Below, piece by piece: positions 53,410-63,179 of a stretch of DNA of 64,000 nucleotides. Both the position numbers and the translations under genes were made by a program. How positions within the stretch are numbered: position 1 is the stretch's first letter; every line of letters begins with the position of its first letter. The notes under the pieces were generated by a model. The model searched no databases, had not been told where the DNA came from, and worked only from the letters and a program-made list of their open reading frames with translations. Source of the DNA: Planctomycetota bacterium (GTDB taxonomy: Bacteria > Planctomycetota > GCA-002687715 > CAIWVZ01); NCBI GenBank assembly GCA_044222185.1, contig JBGANV010000009.1:162550-226549 (forward strand), given 5' to 3'.

Positions 53410-55575
53410 TCAGCGAGACTCGGACGCCGGCCGCGAGACGGGGGCGAGGCGCTGCAATTCGGTCCGTGCGGCGCGTGCTTCGTCCTGGCGCCCCAGCCGG
53501 TCGACGACCGCGGCGAACGTCTCGAGGACGCGTCCATCCGACGGGTTCTCCGCTTTCAACCGTCGCAGGACCGCCTCGGCGCGGGCCGGCTGGCCGTACT
53601 GCAGGCAGGCATCGCCGAACGTCAGGCCCACGTTGACGTCGTTCACGGCGCCCGTCGCCGCGGCCTCCAGGTGACCAAGGATCCGTTGGGGGTCTCCGTT
53701 CGCGAGGCCGAGGGCCAGCGCGAGCCGGTAATGCGCGGCGACGTGGTTGGGTCGGAGCTTCAGCACTTCCTCGCACAGCCTGACCGCTTCGGCCGGATCC
53801 CCGGCGACGGACGCGAGCGTCGCGAGGCGGATCCGGGCACCCACCTCTTCGGGACGCATGTTCACGAGGGTTCGAAGCCGCTGCATGGCGGCCTTCGTGT
53901 CGCCCAGGTTCGTGAGGAGCTCGGCGAGTTCGTTCGTCAGGCGGACCGACGCGGGCCTGGCTTCGATCCCCTTCGACAACGTGGCGACGGCTTCCTCCAT
54001 CCGGCCGCTCCAGGCGAGGACCTGAGCGAGACTCGAGTAGGCGAAGTCGAAGTCCGAGTGATTCGCGATGACGCCGCGAAGGATCCGCTCGGCCTCGGGC
54101 AGGTCCATCCGGATCATGGCGAGCCAGGCTTCCTGTCGGGCGATGCGCACGTCCTCGACCAGTCCCGCCGCTCGCGCCGTCGCGAAGTGTGCGGCGCTCG
54201 CGTCGACGGCCGCCTTCACGTCGTTCGGGAGAGCACCGAGCACGGACTTGTCCTGGCGCCACACGGCGTCCGCGATCGGTGCCGTCGCCTCCACGAACCG
54301 ATTTCCCTGGAACGTGTGGTACTGGACGAACGCGCTGTGCGCCATGAACAGCATCCACGCGCCGGCCAGACCGGCGAATGCACGGCCGGATGTCGTCAGC
54401 GCGCCATCCTTGCGCAGCGTGAACCACTGGAACGCGACGTCGCGCGCGCGAAAGAGTCGCACGAAGTAGACGGCGACGAAGGCGGTGAGCGCCGATAGCC
54501 CCAATGCCCAAAGGAGAGGAACCGTGCCATACAGCTCCTCGGCCCAGACGAACGACCTGCGGCCGGACCCGGGCCACTCGAAGTTGGCGACTCCACGGAA
54601 CACGACGAGCGCGAAGACGAAGACGAGGACGAGGGCCACCTCTTCGCCGAAGTTCAGTGACCACCGCGCGGCCCGCGTGACCTTCGTCCGCTTCTTCGCG
54701 AAGAGGGCGGGCCGGCCGAGGCCGAAGCTCAACGCGTTTTCCGGGCAGACGCTGACGCAGTCCATGCACTTCATGCAACCCGGGTCGACGACCATGCCGT
54801 AGTCGCGGACCTCCTCGTGGACGACGACGTTCGACGTGCACACGGCCGTGCAGTGCCCGCAACCCTTGCATGCGTCCGAGACGACGATCCGGCCGACCGA
54901 AAGACGATCGACCACGCCGAAGATCCCGCCGTAGGGACACGCATACGTGCAGAACCCCTTGGCTCCGAGCACGTAGATCATGGCGGCCCCACAGGTGAAA
55001 AGACTCAAGAGCCCCACCCAGAATCCGGGGAAGGTCTCCCAGAACTCCACCTTCTGGACCGTGGCGGCCGTGAGCGTGTAGTCGGGCGACGGTCGCGAGT
55101 TGATGAGCCTCATGAAGCTCGGCCAGAAGAACATGTAGAGCCCGGCGAGCAGCGGCACCCAAACGAGCCAGCGGGATCGGAGCGGGCGCGGATGGACCCC
55201 CACCTTCTTCATGAGCCAGGCGCACAGGTCCTGCACGGCGACGAGGTGGCACGTCCAGCCGCAGAAGTAGCGCCCGATCAAAAGCGTCGACGCCACGGAA
55301 AGGAGGAGTAGGATTGCGCCCGCATTCACCGCGCCCTCCAGCAGCGTGTACATCGCCTCGCTGGGCTCCAGCGGGCTGAGCGTCCTCCCCGAGAGCTTCC
55401 ACTGGAGGATGTGCGCGAACACGGCGACATGGACGAGCGCCAGCGTCCAGGCTCGCCGCCTGCCCATTTTCGATTGGCGGACGGTTCCTCGCGGCCTTGC
55501 GTCCGGATGAAGGGACTCGGCCGTCCGCGGGGGTCGCGAGGCGTCACCGACGCAAACGGGAGGCTTGTTCGTCAT
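53410..55575 (-). CDS. Membrane 4Fe-4S binding protein (NapH/RdxA-like) fused to TPR repeats
   Basis: GRYFCGWTC, FCTYACPYG, CKGCGHCTAVC, CMKCMDCVSVCP, multiple TM helices, C-terminal TPRs. Confidence 0.87.
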   Translation of the reverse strand: MTNKPPVCVGDASRPPRTAESLHPDARPRGTVRQSKMGRRRAWTLALVHVAVFAHILQWKLSGRTLSPLEPSEAMYTLLEGAVNAGAILLLLSVASTLLIGRYFCGWTCHLVAVQDLCAWLMKKVGVHPRPLRSRWLVWVPLLAGLYMFFWPSFMRLINSRPSPDYTLTAATVQKVEFWETFPGFWVGLLSLFTCGAAMIYVLGAKGFCTYACPYGGIFGVVDRLSVGRIVVSDACKGCGHCTAVCTSNVVVHEEVRDYGMVVDPGCMKCMDCVSVCPENALSFGLGRPALFAKKRTKVTRAARWSLNFGEEVALVLVFVFALVVFRGVANFEWPGSGRRSFVWAEELYGTVPLLWALGLSALTAFVAVYFVRLFRARDVAFQWFTLRKDGALTTSGRAFAGLAGAWMLFMAHSAFVQYHTFQGNRFVEATAPIADAVWRQDKSVLGALPNDVKAAVDASAAHFATARAAGLVEDVRIARQEAWLAMIRMDLPEAERILRGVIANHSDFDFAYSSLAQVLAWSGRMEEAVATLSKGIEARPASVRLTNELAELLTNLGDTKAAMQRLRTLVNMRPEEVGARIRLATLASVAGDPAEAVRLCEEVLKLRPNHVAAHYRLALALGLANGDPQRILGHLEAAATGAVNDVNVGLTFGDACLQYGQPARAEAVLRRLKAENPSDGRVLETFAAVVDRLGRQDEARAARTELQRLAPVSRPASESR

Positions 55576-55685
55576 GCTGGCAGCGTTCCGAGGGCGGATA
55601 GCGTACCAAGCGGGCGCTCGCGGACCGCGAGCCGGGGACGGCAAAACCGTGGGTACAATCCCCGCCCACCGAAGGAGTCCAGCCG

Positions 55686-56435
55686 ATGTCCGGGATCTTC
55701 ACGACCGAGAACATGATCGCCCTCGTCACCCTGACCGCGATGGAGATCGTGCTCGGCATCGACAACATCGTGTTCATCTCGATCCTGACGGGGAAACTCC
55801 CCGCCGGCGAACAGCGCCGCGCCCGCCGGCTCGGGTTGGCGTTCGCGATGCTGTCGCGCATCGCACTCCTGCTCTCGTTGAGCTTCGTGATGAAGCTCAC
55901 GGCTCCACTCACCGAGATCATGAGCCACCCGGTGTCCGGGCGCGACCTGATCCTCCTCGTGGGCGGCCTCTTCCTGATCGGGAAGGCGACCTTCGAGGTC
56001 CACGACAAGCTCGAAGGGGAGGGAGTGGATCATGGGACGAGGAAGGCGGCCCGGTCCGTCGGTTCCGTCATCGCGCAGATCGCCGTCATCGACATCGTGT
56101 TCTCGCTCGACTCGGTGATCACGGCCGTCGGCATGGCGTCTCACGTGGGCGTCATGATCACCGCCGTCGTGGCGTCGGTGTGCGTCATGCTCGTGTTCGC
56201 CGAAGTCGTGTCGCGCTTCATCGAACGGCACCCGACGATCAAGATCCTTGCCCTGTCCTTCATGATTCTCATCGGCGTGATGCTCGTGGCCGAGGGCGCG
56301 GGCCATCACATCGAGAAGGGCTACATCTACTTCGCCATGGCGTTTTCGCTCGGCGTCGAGATGCTGAACCTCCGGCTGCGGAAGGGGAGTGCGCCGGTGG
56401 TCCTTCATCAACCGCATCTTCCCGACGTCCGCTGA
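55686..56435 (+). CDS. TerC family membrane protein
   Basis: EIVLGIDN, GRDLIL, DIVFSLDSVITAVG; AAGGAG RBS and an upstream TACAAT box at 55654. Confidence 0.94.
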   Translation: MSGIFTTENMIALVTLTAMEIVLGIDNIVFISILTGKLPAGEQRRARRLGLAFAMLSRIALLLSLSFVMKLTAPLTEIMSHPVSGRDLILLVGGLFLIGKATFEVHDKLEGEGVDHGTRKAARSVGSVIAQIAVIDIVFSLDSVITAVGMASHVGVMITAVVASVCVMLVFAEVVSRFIERHPTIKILALSFMILIGVMLVAEGAGHHIEKGYIYFAMAFSLGVEMLNLRLRKGSAPVVLHQPHLPDVR

Positions 56436-56584
56436 GGTTTCGTCTCAGCTGTAACCTTCTGAGGCAACCTCGGTTGATCTACGCGCAGGGCCGGCGGGGC
56501 TGGTATGCTCCGCCTGCCCCGCCGTGGTGTGAGACGACCCCAACCTCCTACCGCGAGTTCACCTCCACTCGGGAGTCCTCACAG

Positions 56585-57037
56585 ATGCGAAACCTCATTG
56601 CCGCCACTCTTTGCCTGGTCATCGCCGTCTCGGCATCGGCCCAGAACTGCTCCACGCTCGCCGTCACCGGCAGCGTGAACGCCGGGCAGACGCTCACGAT
56701 CGACGTGTCGGGCGCGACCGCGAATGCGGCGACGTTCCTCTTCATCGGCTCGACGGCCGGAAGCACGACCATCAACGTGGGCCCGCTGGGCTCATTCACG
56801 ATCGACCTGAACCCGCCGTTCCTCCCGCTCCCCATGGGACAGACGGACGCGGCCGGCCACGTGGCGCTCTCGGTCATCGTTCCGGCGAACGTGCCAGCGA
56901 ATGCGATCCCGAACCACACATTCACCGTCCAGTCGCTCTCCGTCGGATTCACGATGGGCGGCGGCTCTGGACCGGGCCTGCCGACGTTGTCGTTCTGCAC
57001 GTCGAACAGCGGCACCGTCGTGTCCGGGACCGGCTGA
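56585..57037 (+). CDS. Small secreted protein made only of the shared C-terminal-type domain
   Basis: GGGAG RBS; signal peptide ending SASA-Q; GQTLTIDVSGA, TDAAGHVALSVIVP, FTVQSL, TSNSGTV. Confidence 0.82.
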   Translation: MRNLIAATLCLVIAVSASAQNCSTLAVTGSVNAGQTLTIDVSGATANAATFLFIGSTAGSTTINVGPLGSFTIDLNPPFLPLPMGQTDAAGHVALSVIVPANVPANAIPNHTFTVQSLSVGFTMGGGSGPGLPTLSFCTSNSGTVVSGTG

Positions 57038-57075
57038 TCCTCTCGCCATCGGCGTTCTGCCGATGATCGAAGGCA

Positions 57076-57123
57076 AGACCCCGAGGACGCAGGCGCGCTG
57101 CGGACCCGGGGTCTCGTCGTTTT
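57076..57123 (+). terminator. Putative intrinsic terminator
   Basis: AGACCCCG/CGGGGTCT outer stem, CGCAG/CTGCG inner stem, followed by a short T-rich tail. Confidence 0.55.
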
Positions 57124-57201
57124 CGTATCAACCCTCGGCCTGGGACGTCCTTCACATCGTGCGAGCGCGAGTTCGTTTGTGCGTCGAACGGTCGGAAACG
57201 C

Positions 57202-57750
57202 ATGGACCCCGCGAGTCGAGATCGCTCCACGACGCCGCTCCGCGGTGACGGCGTGGACGTGCTGAGTGACATCCTGGACCGATTCGGTCCGTGGATGCGG
57301 TCGCGGATCCGGGCTGCGTTTCCGCTGGAATGGGAGGATGTCCTCCAGGAGGCGCTGGTGCGGCTGGCACGCTCCGTTCCGTCCATGCGAAGCCGTGAGG
57401 ACGAAGCGCTCCGGGCGCTCGTCAGCAAGACGGTGCGATCCGTGTGTGTGGACGAGTTTCGACGGCGCGCGTTGCGGCGGCGGACGATCCGTCCCGAGAT
57501 GCCCGCGGACGTGGACCTGGCGGACGACGGCGTACCGGAACCGGGCTCGCGGGCATCCGCGACCGAAGAACAGTCGCGGCTCGAGCGCGCGGTCAGAACC
57601 CTGCAGCCGCGGGACCGCCGCATCATCCAGCTTCGCTTTCGCGATGGCATGGGGTTCAGGGAAATCGCGGCCCTGTTGGGGGTACCGCAAGGTTCCGTCG
57701 CAGGCTGGTACTCGCGAGCGATGGCAGCGCTCCGGGAGGTCGTCGCATGA
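57202..57750 (+). CDS. ECF RNA polymerase sigma factor
   Basis: WEDVLQEAL, VCVDEFRRR, LQPRDRRIIQLRFRDGMGFREIAALLGVPQGSV. Confidence 0.9.
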   Translation: MDPASRDRSTTPLRGDGVDVLSDILDRFGPWMRSRIRAAFPLEWEDVLQEALVRLARSVPSMRSREDEALRALVSKTVRSVCVDEFRRRALRRRTIRPEMPADVDLADDGVPEPGSRASATEEQSRLERAVRTLQPRDRRIIQLRFRDGMGFREIAALLGVPQGSVAGWYSRAMAALREVVA

Positions 57751-58478
57751 CGTGCATCGATCCGGCCCTCTCCAACCGACTGTTCGAGAGCGAACCGAAG
57801 ACGTCGCCGGCGTGGGCGGAGCACCTGGCCCTCTGTCGCGATTGCCGTGTGCTGCACGAATGGCTTCCCGCTGCGCTCGCGGGCGCGGTCGACGGCGAAC
57901 ACCCGTCGGCGGAGGCTCTCGTGGACTTCGACTCGGCGCCGCATGAGGGCGATGCGGAAGCTGCGCGTCGCACCGCCGATCATCTGGCGTCCTGCGAGAT
58001 CTGTCGCGGGGCGTTGGATGCCGCCGCCCATCTCGGGCTTCCGACCTCGCGCGTCCGCGCGCAAACCATCCGCCCGTGGCTCTTCGCCGCCGCGGGGTGG
58101 CTCATCGCGCTCGTGCTGTTCCCTTGGCCGGGATTGCGCGACGATCGCCCCGGACGCCCCGCGTTTCTCTCGTCGGAGACGGTCACGCTCACGGCGCAAC
58201 GGGGGACGAACGTCCCGTCGATCGCAGGCCCGACCGACGTCGTTCGCTTGCAGCTCGTCCTCGGCGAGGACGTCGCGGTGGGCGACTCGCTTCGCGTGCG
58301 CGTGACGACGTCGTCCGGCGAGATTGTCGCCGACGGCGCACAGACCGTTCATGAGACGGGGGAGCACGGCTGGCCGGTGATCGTTCTCGATCGGCGCGCG
58401 ATCGGAAACGGGCGGTTCTCGATCCACGTCGGCACGAGGAGCGGTCTCGAGAGCGAGTTCGCCCTCGACCTGAAGTGA
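57747..58478 (+). CDS. Anti-sigma factor with two HxxxCxxC zinc motifs, a TM helix and an extracytoplasmic domain
   Basis: ATGA overlap with the sigma gene; HLALCRDC and HLASCEIC; TM WLFAAAGWLIALVLF. Confidence 0.85.
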   Translation: MTCIDPALSNRLFESEPKTSPAWAEHLALCRDCRVLHEWLPAALAGAVDGEHPSAEALVDFDSAPHEGDAEAARRTADHLASCEICRGALDAAAHLGLPTSRVRAQTIRPWLFAAAGWLIALVLFPWPGLRDDRPGRPAFLSSETVTLTAQRGTNVPSIAGPTDVVRLQLVLGEDVAVGDSLRVRVTTSSGEIVADGAQTVHETGEHGWPVIVLDRRAIGNGRFSIHVGTRSGLESEFALDLK

Positions 58479-58482
58479 TCCG

Positions 58483-60762
58483 TCAGCGGAGCAGGTCGGA
58501 CTGGCCGTGCAGCACGAACGGCGCCCAGAGCGCGGGGTGCGACGTTCGTGGCCGGGCCACGAACCTTCGGCGCGCGGCCGTCACCGCGTCGGGGACGGAC
58601 CTCCCGTCGCGCAGTTCCTCGAGCGTGAACTTCACGAGCTCGGGAGTGACTGCGTCGTCGATGGGCGCGATCGTGGCGAGGAGATTCCGCGCGCCACTGG
58701 CGAGCACCGCTCGCGCGAGACCGCGAATGCCCTCGCCTTCGATCACACGGCCGGAGGCCGTGCGACAACCGTCGAGAACGACGAGTCGCGCGCCGAGGCG
58801 CATCTCGGCGAGGTCGGCGAGCGAGAGGAACCCGTCGCTTCGTCCCGCTTCTGGCGAAAGCAGCAGCGCCGTGCGGCTGCCGTCGACGGCGTCCGCGAGC
58901 GCATGGGCGGCGATCGTCACGACGGAGGCTGATTCGGCTGCCGTGCGGACCGCGCTCTCGGTCGCGGCAGGGCCCGTCAGCACTCGGCCCGGGAGCAACG
59001 TCGCGAGCTCGCGGGCTTCACGCTCGGCATTCCGCAGAGGTTTCAGCTCGTTCGCACCGTAGTGCGCGAGGACCTCGGAGGCGTAGGCTCCCGTCCCGTC
59101 GCAACCGACGTACAGGGGCGGCCCGCTCGCTGGCGGCGCGTCGGCCACGAGAGCCGCCAGCAGCGGGGCGTGAGCGATGGTCGCGCGGCACCCGATGAAG
59201 CGTTCGGAGATCGGCGTCGTCCCCGGCGTCGCCATGGCCGCAAACGGGAGGTCGCCCCGCGCCGAGAGTCCCACGATGACGATCCGCTTGGGGAGCGCGG
59301 CGTCGCCGAAGACAGGTTCGACGAATGCCCGCCAGGCCGCGGTGGCCTCGCGTTCGATGGCTTCGGGTTTCGATGACACCGCAAGCACCGTGTCGGTGAA
59401 CGTTCCCGCGAGGGCGTCCAGCTCGCGCGGCGACGGCAGCGAACGGTAGGCGAGGCCGCGCCCGTCGATCCGGATGACGCCGCAGGCGTGCGAGCCTCGC
59501 AGATACACGAGGACGGCGGCGTTGCTCGCGCGGGCACGCTCGACGATCTCCGGAACGGGGACGGTCGTGCGTTCCCACTGCGGCCGCGTCAGCCCGCGGA
59601 GCGACAGCATGTCGCGCACGGTCCCGATGCGACCTCGCTCGCTGATCTCGAGCGCGCGAACCAGGTCGGCGGTCGTGGGTGTTCTGCGGCTGGCGACGTG
59701 GAGCGCGTGATCCTCGAACGTGTGATTGCGCTCCGCGGTGAACGTCCGGATGGCCCGGTCCCGTTCGCCCTCGGTCGTGCGGGCGATCGCAAGCGTGCTG
59801 CGCTCCTCCGCCTCGAAGTGCTTCTCGGCTCCGGCATCGTCGCACGCCGCGATGCAGACGTGGGCGAGGAGGCAGTGATCCCAGACGAGTCCCATGGGAA
59901 ATGGCGGCTCGGCCTTCTCGTGGATTGCGAGCGCCGCGTGACCCCAGTCGCGTGCCTCGACGAGGAGTGCGGCGCGTTCGGGCTCGCCGAGGGTGAGCGC
60001 GAGCTCGAGTGCGAGGCGGCCGGCTCCGTTGCGGACGTTGGCGTAGTACTCGGGCCGTTCGTCGAGGCGGGGCTCCAGGGCGAGCGCTCGACGCATGGCG
60101 TTCAGGCCACCGCGGAAATCCCGATTCTCGTACAGCGAGTAGGCGAGATTGATGAGGGCGCGCGACTCGATGGCGGGCCGGCTTTCCGCTCGTGCCTGGT
60201 CGGCACGTTGCAGGAGCCGCCCCGGATCCTCGTCGGGTTCGCCGGCGAGACGGTGCTCCAGGCTGCGGAGTTCCTCCTCGACCTCGGAGGTATCCAGGCC
60301 CGCACGCGCGCGCAGCGCGAGGCAGCGCTGCAGTGCGGTTCGGCGTGCCTCCGTCCGGCCGAAGCGAAGGTGTCGCATGGAGAGCCGATGCTCGGCGCGC
60401 GCGGCCTCGACGATCCGCCCCTTCGCCTCGAATTCGGCGACGGCCCTCGTCCCGGCGGCCACTCCCATCGCGTAGTCGCCGACGCGGTCGGCGAGTGCAC
60501 CGAGCGCGATCCAGCCCTCGGGCCAGCGCGGGACGGCGTCGAGCCGGGCTCGTAGGGCTCCGATCGTGCGTCCGGGCGGCTGGCATCGCTGGGCTGCAGC
60601 CTCGGCGGCCTCGGTGCCGTCGGCAACCTTCAACGCCTCGAGCAGGGCGTCGTCGCTCGACTGCGCCGACGCAGCTGCGATCGGCAACGCGAGGGTCAGA
60701 AGCACGCACCGCAGCGCGAGACGGGCTCCGAGCGCTCGCGCGGCTGTGCAGGCTCGGATCAC
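58483..60762 (-). CDS. TPR + CHAT (caspase-like) protease with a signal-peptide-like N-terminus
   Basis: LPFAAM, PLRNAEREA, ATESAV, IAAH, LVVLDGCRT, EGIRGLARA, HPALWAPFVLHG; GTG start overlaps the upstream stop. Confidence 0.9.
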   Translation of the reverse strand: MIRACTAARALGARLALRCVLLTLALPIAAASAQSSDDALLEALKVADGTEAAEAAAQRCQPPGRTIGALRARLDAVPRWPEGWIALGALADRVGDYAMGVAAGTRAVAEFEAKGRIVEAARAEHRLSMRHLRFGRTEARRTALQRCLALRARAGLDTSEVEEELRSLEHRLAGEPDEDPGRLLQRADQARAESRPAIESRALINLAYSLYENRDFRGGLNAMRRALALEPRLDERPEYYANVRNGAGRLALELALTLGEPERAALLVEARDWGHAALAIHEKAEPPFPMGLVWDHCLLAHVCIAACDDAGAEKHFEAEERSTLAIARTTEGERDRAIRTFTAERNHTFEDHALHVASRRTPTTADLVRALEISERGRIGTVRDMLSLRGLTRPQWERTTVPVPEIVERARASNAAVLVYLRGSHACGVIRIDGRGLAYRSLPSPRELDALAGTFTDTVLAVSSKPEAIEREATAAWRAFVEPVFGDAALPKRIVIVGLSARGDLPFAAMATPGTTPISERFIGCRATIAHAPLLAALVADAPPASGPPLYVGCDGTGAYASEVLAHYGANELKPLRNAEREARELATLLPGRVLTGPAATESAVRTAAESASVVTIAAHALADAVDGSRTALLLSPEAGRSDGFLSLADLAEMRLGARLVVLDGCRTASGRVIEGEGIRGLARAVLASGARNLLATIAPIDDAVTPELVKFTLEELRDGRSVPDAVTAARRRFVARPRTSHPALWAPFVLHGQSDLLR

Positions 60763-62960
60763 GGCGCCGGTTCGATCTCGACCGTGAGCGTGGCCGAGCC
60801 GTCCAGTTCGAAGTACTCGACGGTGATCGGGACCTCGCGGGGCTCCTTGCAGCGGATGAAGCCCTGGTTCTTCGTGGGCACGTGCCACGTCCAGTTGTCG
60901 ATGATCCTCTCACCACCGGCCGTCACGCGGATGCCGTCGTCGCTCTGAGTCGTCACCCGCCACTTGCCCGCGGGAATGCGGAGCTTCGTCTCCGCGACGA
61001 GCCCGAAGTGGTCGCGGCCCAGGCCGGCTGCGGCGACGCTCTCGCCCAGTCCCAGGTCGCCCGGGCCGCGGCCGCCGAAGCGGAAGTCGAGCCGCTCGAC
61101 GGAAGTCGTCACCGAGCCCTTGGCCTTGCGATCGCGGTCGAACGATGCGGGGTCTTCGTTGGGCTTGGCCGTGCACCTGAAGAACGTCACGGTCCAGGTC
61201 GTCGCCACGATCGTCCCGCGGATCTGGCGACCGTCGATCGTGAGCGTGTAGGGGAAGACGCCCGGGCCCGCCGACTTCACGATGGCTTTCGCCGGGTCGC
61301 CGGGTTCCACCGAGACGGTGACGCCGGCACCGGTCACCGAGACCTTGGGGTCCTTGGCTCGGTGCAGCGCGTACGCGTGCTGGCGGCCCGACGTCTCGAC
61401 TGGTTGGACGAAGGGCGTCTCGTGATCCCACGGGCCCCACTCGCCCATGATGATGTTCTGGCGACCGCGCAACGCGGGGCGTGCGCCGACCGGCTTCGAC
61501 ACACCGAGCGGTTCGACCTTGGGAAGCGAGATGTCGGTTTTGGCTTCCGTCTCGACGACGTTGGCCTTGCCTTCGAGTTTCCGTTCGGCCTTGGGCTCGG
61601 TGAAGGTGTTGCCGGAGACCGTCGTGTCGGCGAGGTCTCGCAGGTGCAGCGCGAGCGTGTCGTGGTCGAACGTGTTCTTCTGGACGACGTTGCCGAGGCC
61701 GCCCTTGTAGTTCGCCTTGCCCCAGCCTCGCTTGGCGAAGTCGGCGTTCTCGCGTCCCCACAGGTGCACGCCGCAGCGGTTCCTCGCGAACGTGTTGGCG
61801 ACGATCAGGTTCTTCCAGCCGTGTTCGACGTTCACTCCGCCGCGCTCGAGGCCGTAGCCCATCTCCCCGTTCTCCTCGAAGACGTTGGCGGAGATCACCG
61901 TCTCCTGCGAGTAGCCGCCCCAGATGCCGCAGATGCCGTTGCCGACGAACCGATTCCGCCAGATCTGGTTCCCGAAACTGAACGTCATCTCGATGCCGTG
62001 CGCGACGCCGTACGACAGGTCGTTGTCGATGAAGACGTTGTCGTTGCAACCCTTGCGGGTGCAGTCGAAACCCTTGTCCTTGGGCGTCGCCTCGCCGAGC
62101 GCCTCGCGTCCTGCGAACCCGAAGATGCAGTCGCCGCCGTGCGTCACCGAGTTCTCGACGAACGTGTTGCGGCTGCATTGCTCGAAGATGAGGATGCCCG
62201 CCGAGTCCTGGCCGCGGTTGTAGACGCCGTGGCTGTAGCCGCGCACGCAGAAGTCGATGGCGTTTCGCGAGACCACGGCGTCGTTCGAGCGCCACAGGCC
62301 CAGACCCCAACCCGACAGGAACGAGAAATCGTTGTCGTAGATCTTCGCCCTCTCGACGCGATCGAGCAGGAGGCCGTTCTGGCTCTGCCGCACCCGGCAA
62401 TCGTGCACGGTGACGTCGGTCGAGTCCTCGACGTAGAACGCGGCGCCGTAGTTCGCGAGCCATTCGTTGGCGTCGTCGTCGTGCGGGTGGAGCCAGTCCG
62501 CGCCGTCTTCTGCCGCGGGTGTCGACCGCAGGTGCTGCCGGAAGACGTCGTCCGTGACGCAGTGGTCGAGGGTGAGCCCCGGGGCGTTCGTCGCGTGGAT
62601 GCCACCTTTGAAGCCCGACAGGCGCGCGCCGCGGATCGTCACGTTCTTGTGGCCGTCGATGCGGATGCCGATGCCCTGGTACATGTCGGGCTTCACGTCC
62701 GCCGCCGCGCCTCGAAGCACGGCGCGATCTTCGAAGGTGATGGTGACGCCGTCGGCTCCGACGATCAGGACGCCGTTCTGGTTCGGATCGGCGATGACTT
62801 TGCCGTCGGCGATCGCAATCGTGCACGACGACTTCACGATCGTGTCGTCCTTGTCGACGACGATCCGCGGCAGTTTGTCCTGGGCGAGCGCCCCGGCGGC
62901 CATGCCGAGTGCAACGACGCTGGAGACCCACCCGATCCGCAAGGCGCGTGTTCGTGTCAT
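60759..62960 (-). CDS. Secreted right-handed parallel beta-helix (NosD/pectin-lyase-like) protein with a C-terminal PA14 domain
   Basis: Signal peptide; repeated GI/N beta-helix turns; SDDGIRV...IDNW...ITVEYFE (PA14). Confidence 0.87.
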   Translation of the reverse strand: MTRTRALRIGWVSSVVALGMAAGALAQDKLPRIVVDKDDTIVKSSCTIAIADGKVIADPNQNGVLIVGADGVTITFEDRAVLRGAAADVKPDMYQGIGIRIDGHKNVTIRGARLSGFKGGIHATNAPGLTLDHCVTDDVFRQHLRSTPAAEDGADWLHPHDDDANEWLANYGAAFYVEDSTDVTVHDCRVRQSQNGLLLDRVERAKIYDNDFSFLSGWGLGLWRSNDAVVSRNAIDFCVRGYSHGVYNRGQDSAGILIFEQCSRNTFVENSVTHGGDCIFGFAGREALGEATPKDKGFDCTRKGCNDNVFIDNDLSYGVAHGIEMTFSFGNQIWRNRFVGNGICGIWGGYSQETVISANVFEENGEMGYGLERGGVNVEHGWKNLIVANTFARNRCGVHLWGRENADFAKRGWGKANYKGGLGNVVQKNTFDHDTLALHLRDLADTTVSGNTFTEPKAERKLEGKANVVETEAKTDISLPKVEPLGVSKPVGARPALRGRQNIIMGEWGPWDHETPFVQPVETSGRQHAYALHRAKDPKVSVTGAGVTVSVEPGDPAKAIVKSAGPGVFPYTLTIDGRQIRGTIVATTWTVTFFRCTAKPNEDPASFDRDRKAKGSVTTSVERLDFRFGGRGPGDLGLGESVAAAGLGRDHFGLVAETKLRIPAGKWRVTTQSDDGIRVTAGGERIIDNWTWHVPTKNQGFIRCKEPREVPITVEYFELDGSATLTVEIEPAP

Positions 62961-62990
62961 GCCGTGAGCTTATCCGGAGAGCCGCTGATC

Positions 62991-63036
62991 GGAGCGCCAG
63001 GCTCCGCCTGGCCGGACGGCGAGGCTCCGCCTCGCC
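62991..63036 (+). repeat. REP-like double-hairpin repeat, copy B
   Basis: GGAGC GCCAGG CTCCG CCTGGC CGGAC GGCGAGG CTCCG CCTCGCC (46 nt). Confidence 0.75.
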
Positions 63037-63133
63037 TGAGTGCCGGCAGCGTCCAATCGGGTCGGTGGCCCGAAGCCGTTCGGACGCACACCGCACTCTG
63101 CGTCCGGAAATCGAGCGGCCGTCCGACGATCAA

Positions 63134-63179
63134 GGCAGGGCGGAGCCCTGCCATCCAGCCGCGCGGAGCGCAGCGCTCC
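63134..63179 (-). repeat. REP-like double-hairpin repeat, copy C (inverted partner of B)
   Basis: Minus strand GGAGC GCTGCG CTCCG CGCGGC TGGAT GGCAGGG CTCCG CCCTGCC (46 nt). Confidence 0.72.

Noticed and set aside
56450-56481. ECF-type promoter (TGTAAC...GATCTA) upstream of the standalone domain gene
   Set aside because: The 20-nt spacing is longer than typical and I found no convincing second copy; too weak to call.
58483-60762. Type III-E CRISPR-associated Csx29 call
   Set aside because: No Cas7-11 gene or array nearby, and the protein appears to be exported.
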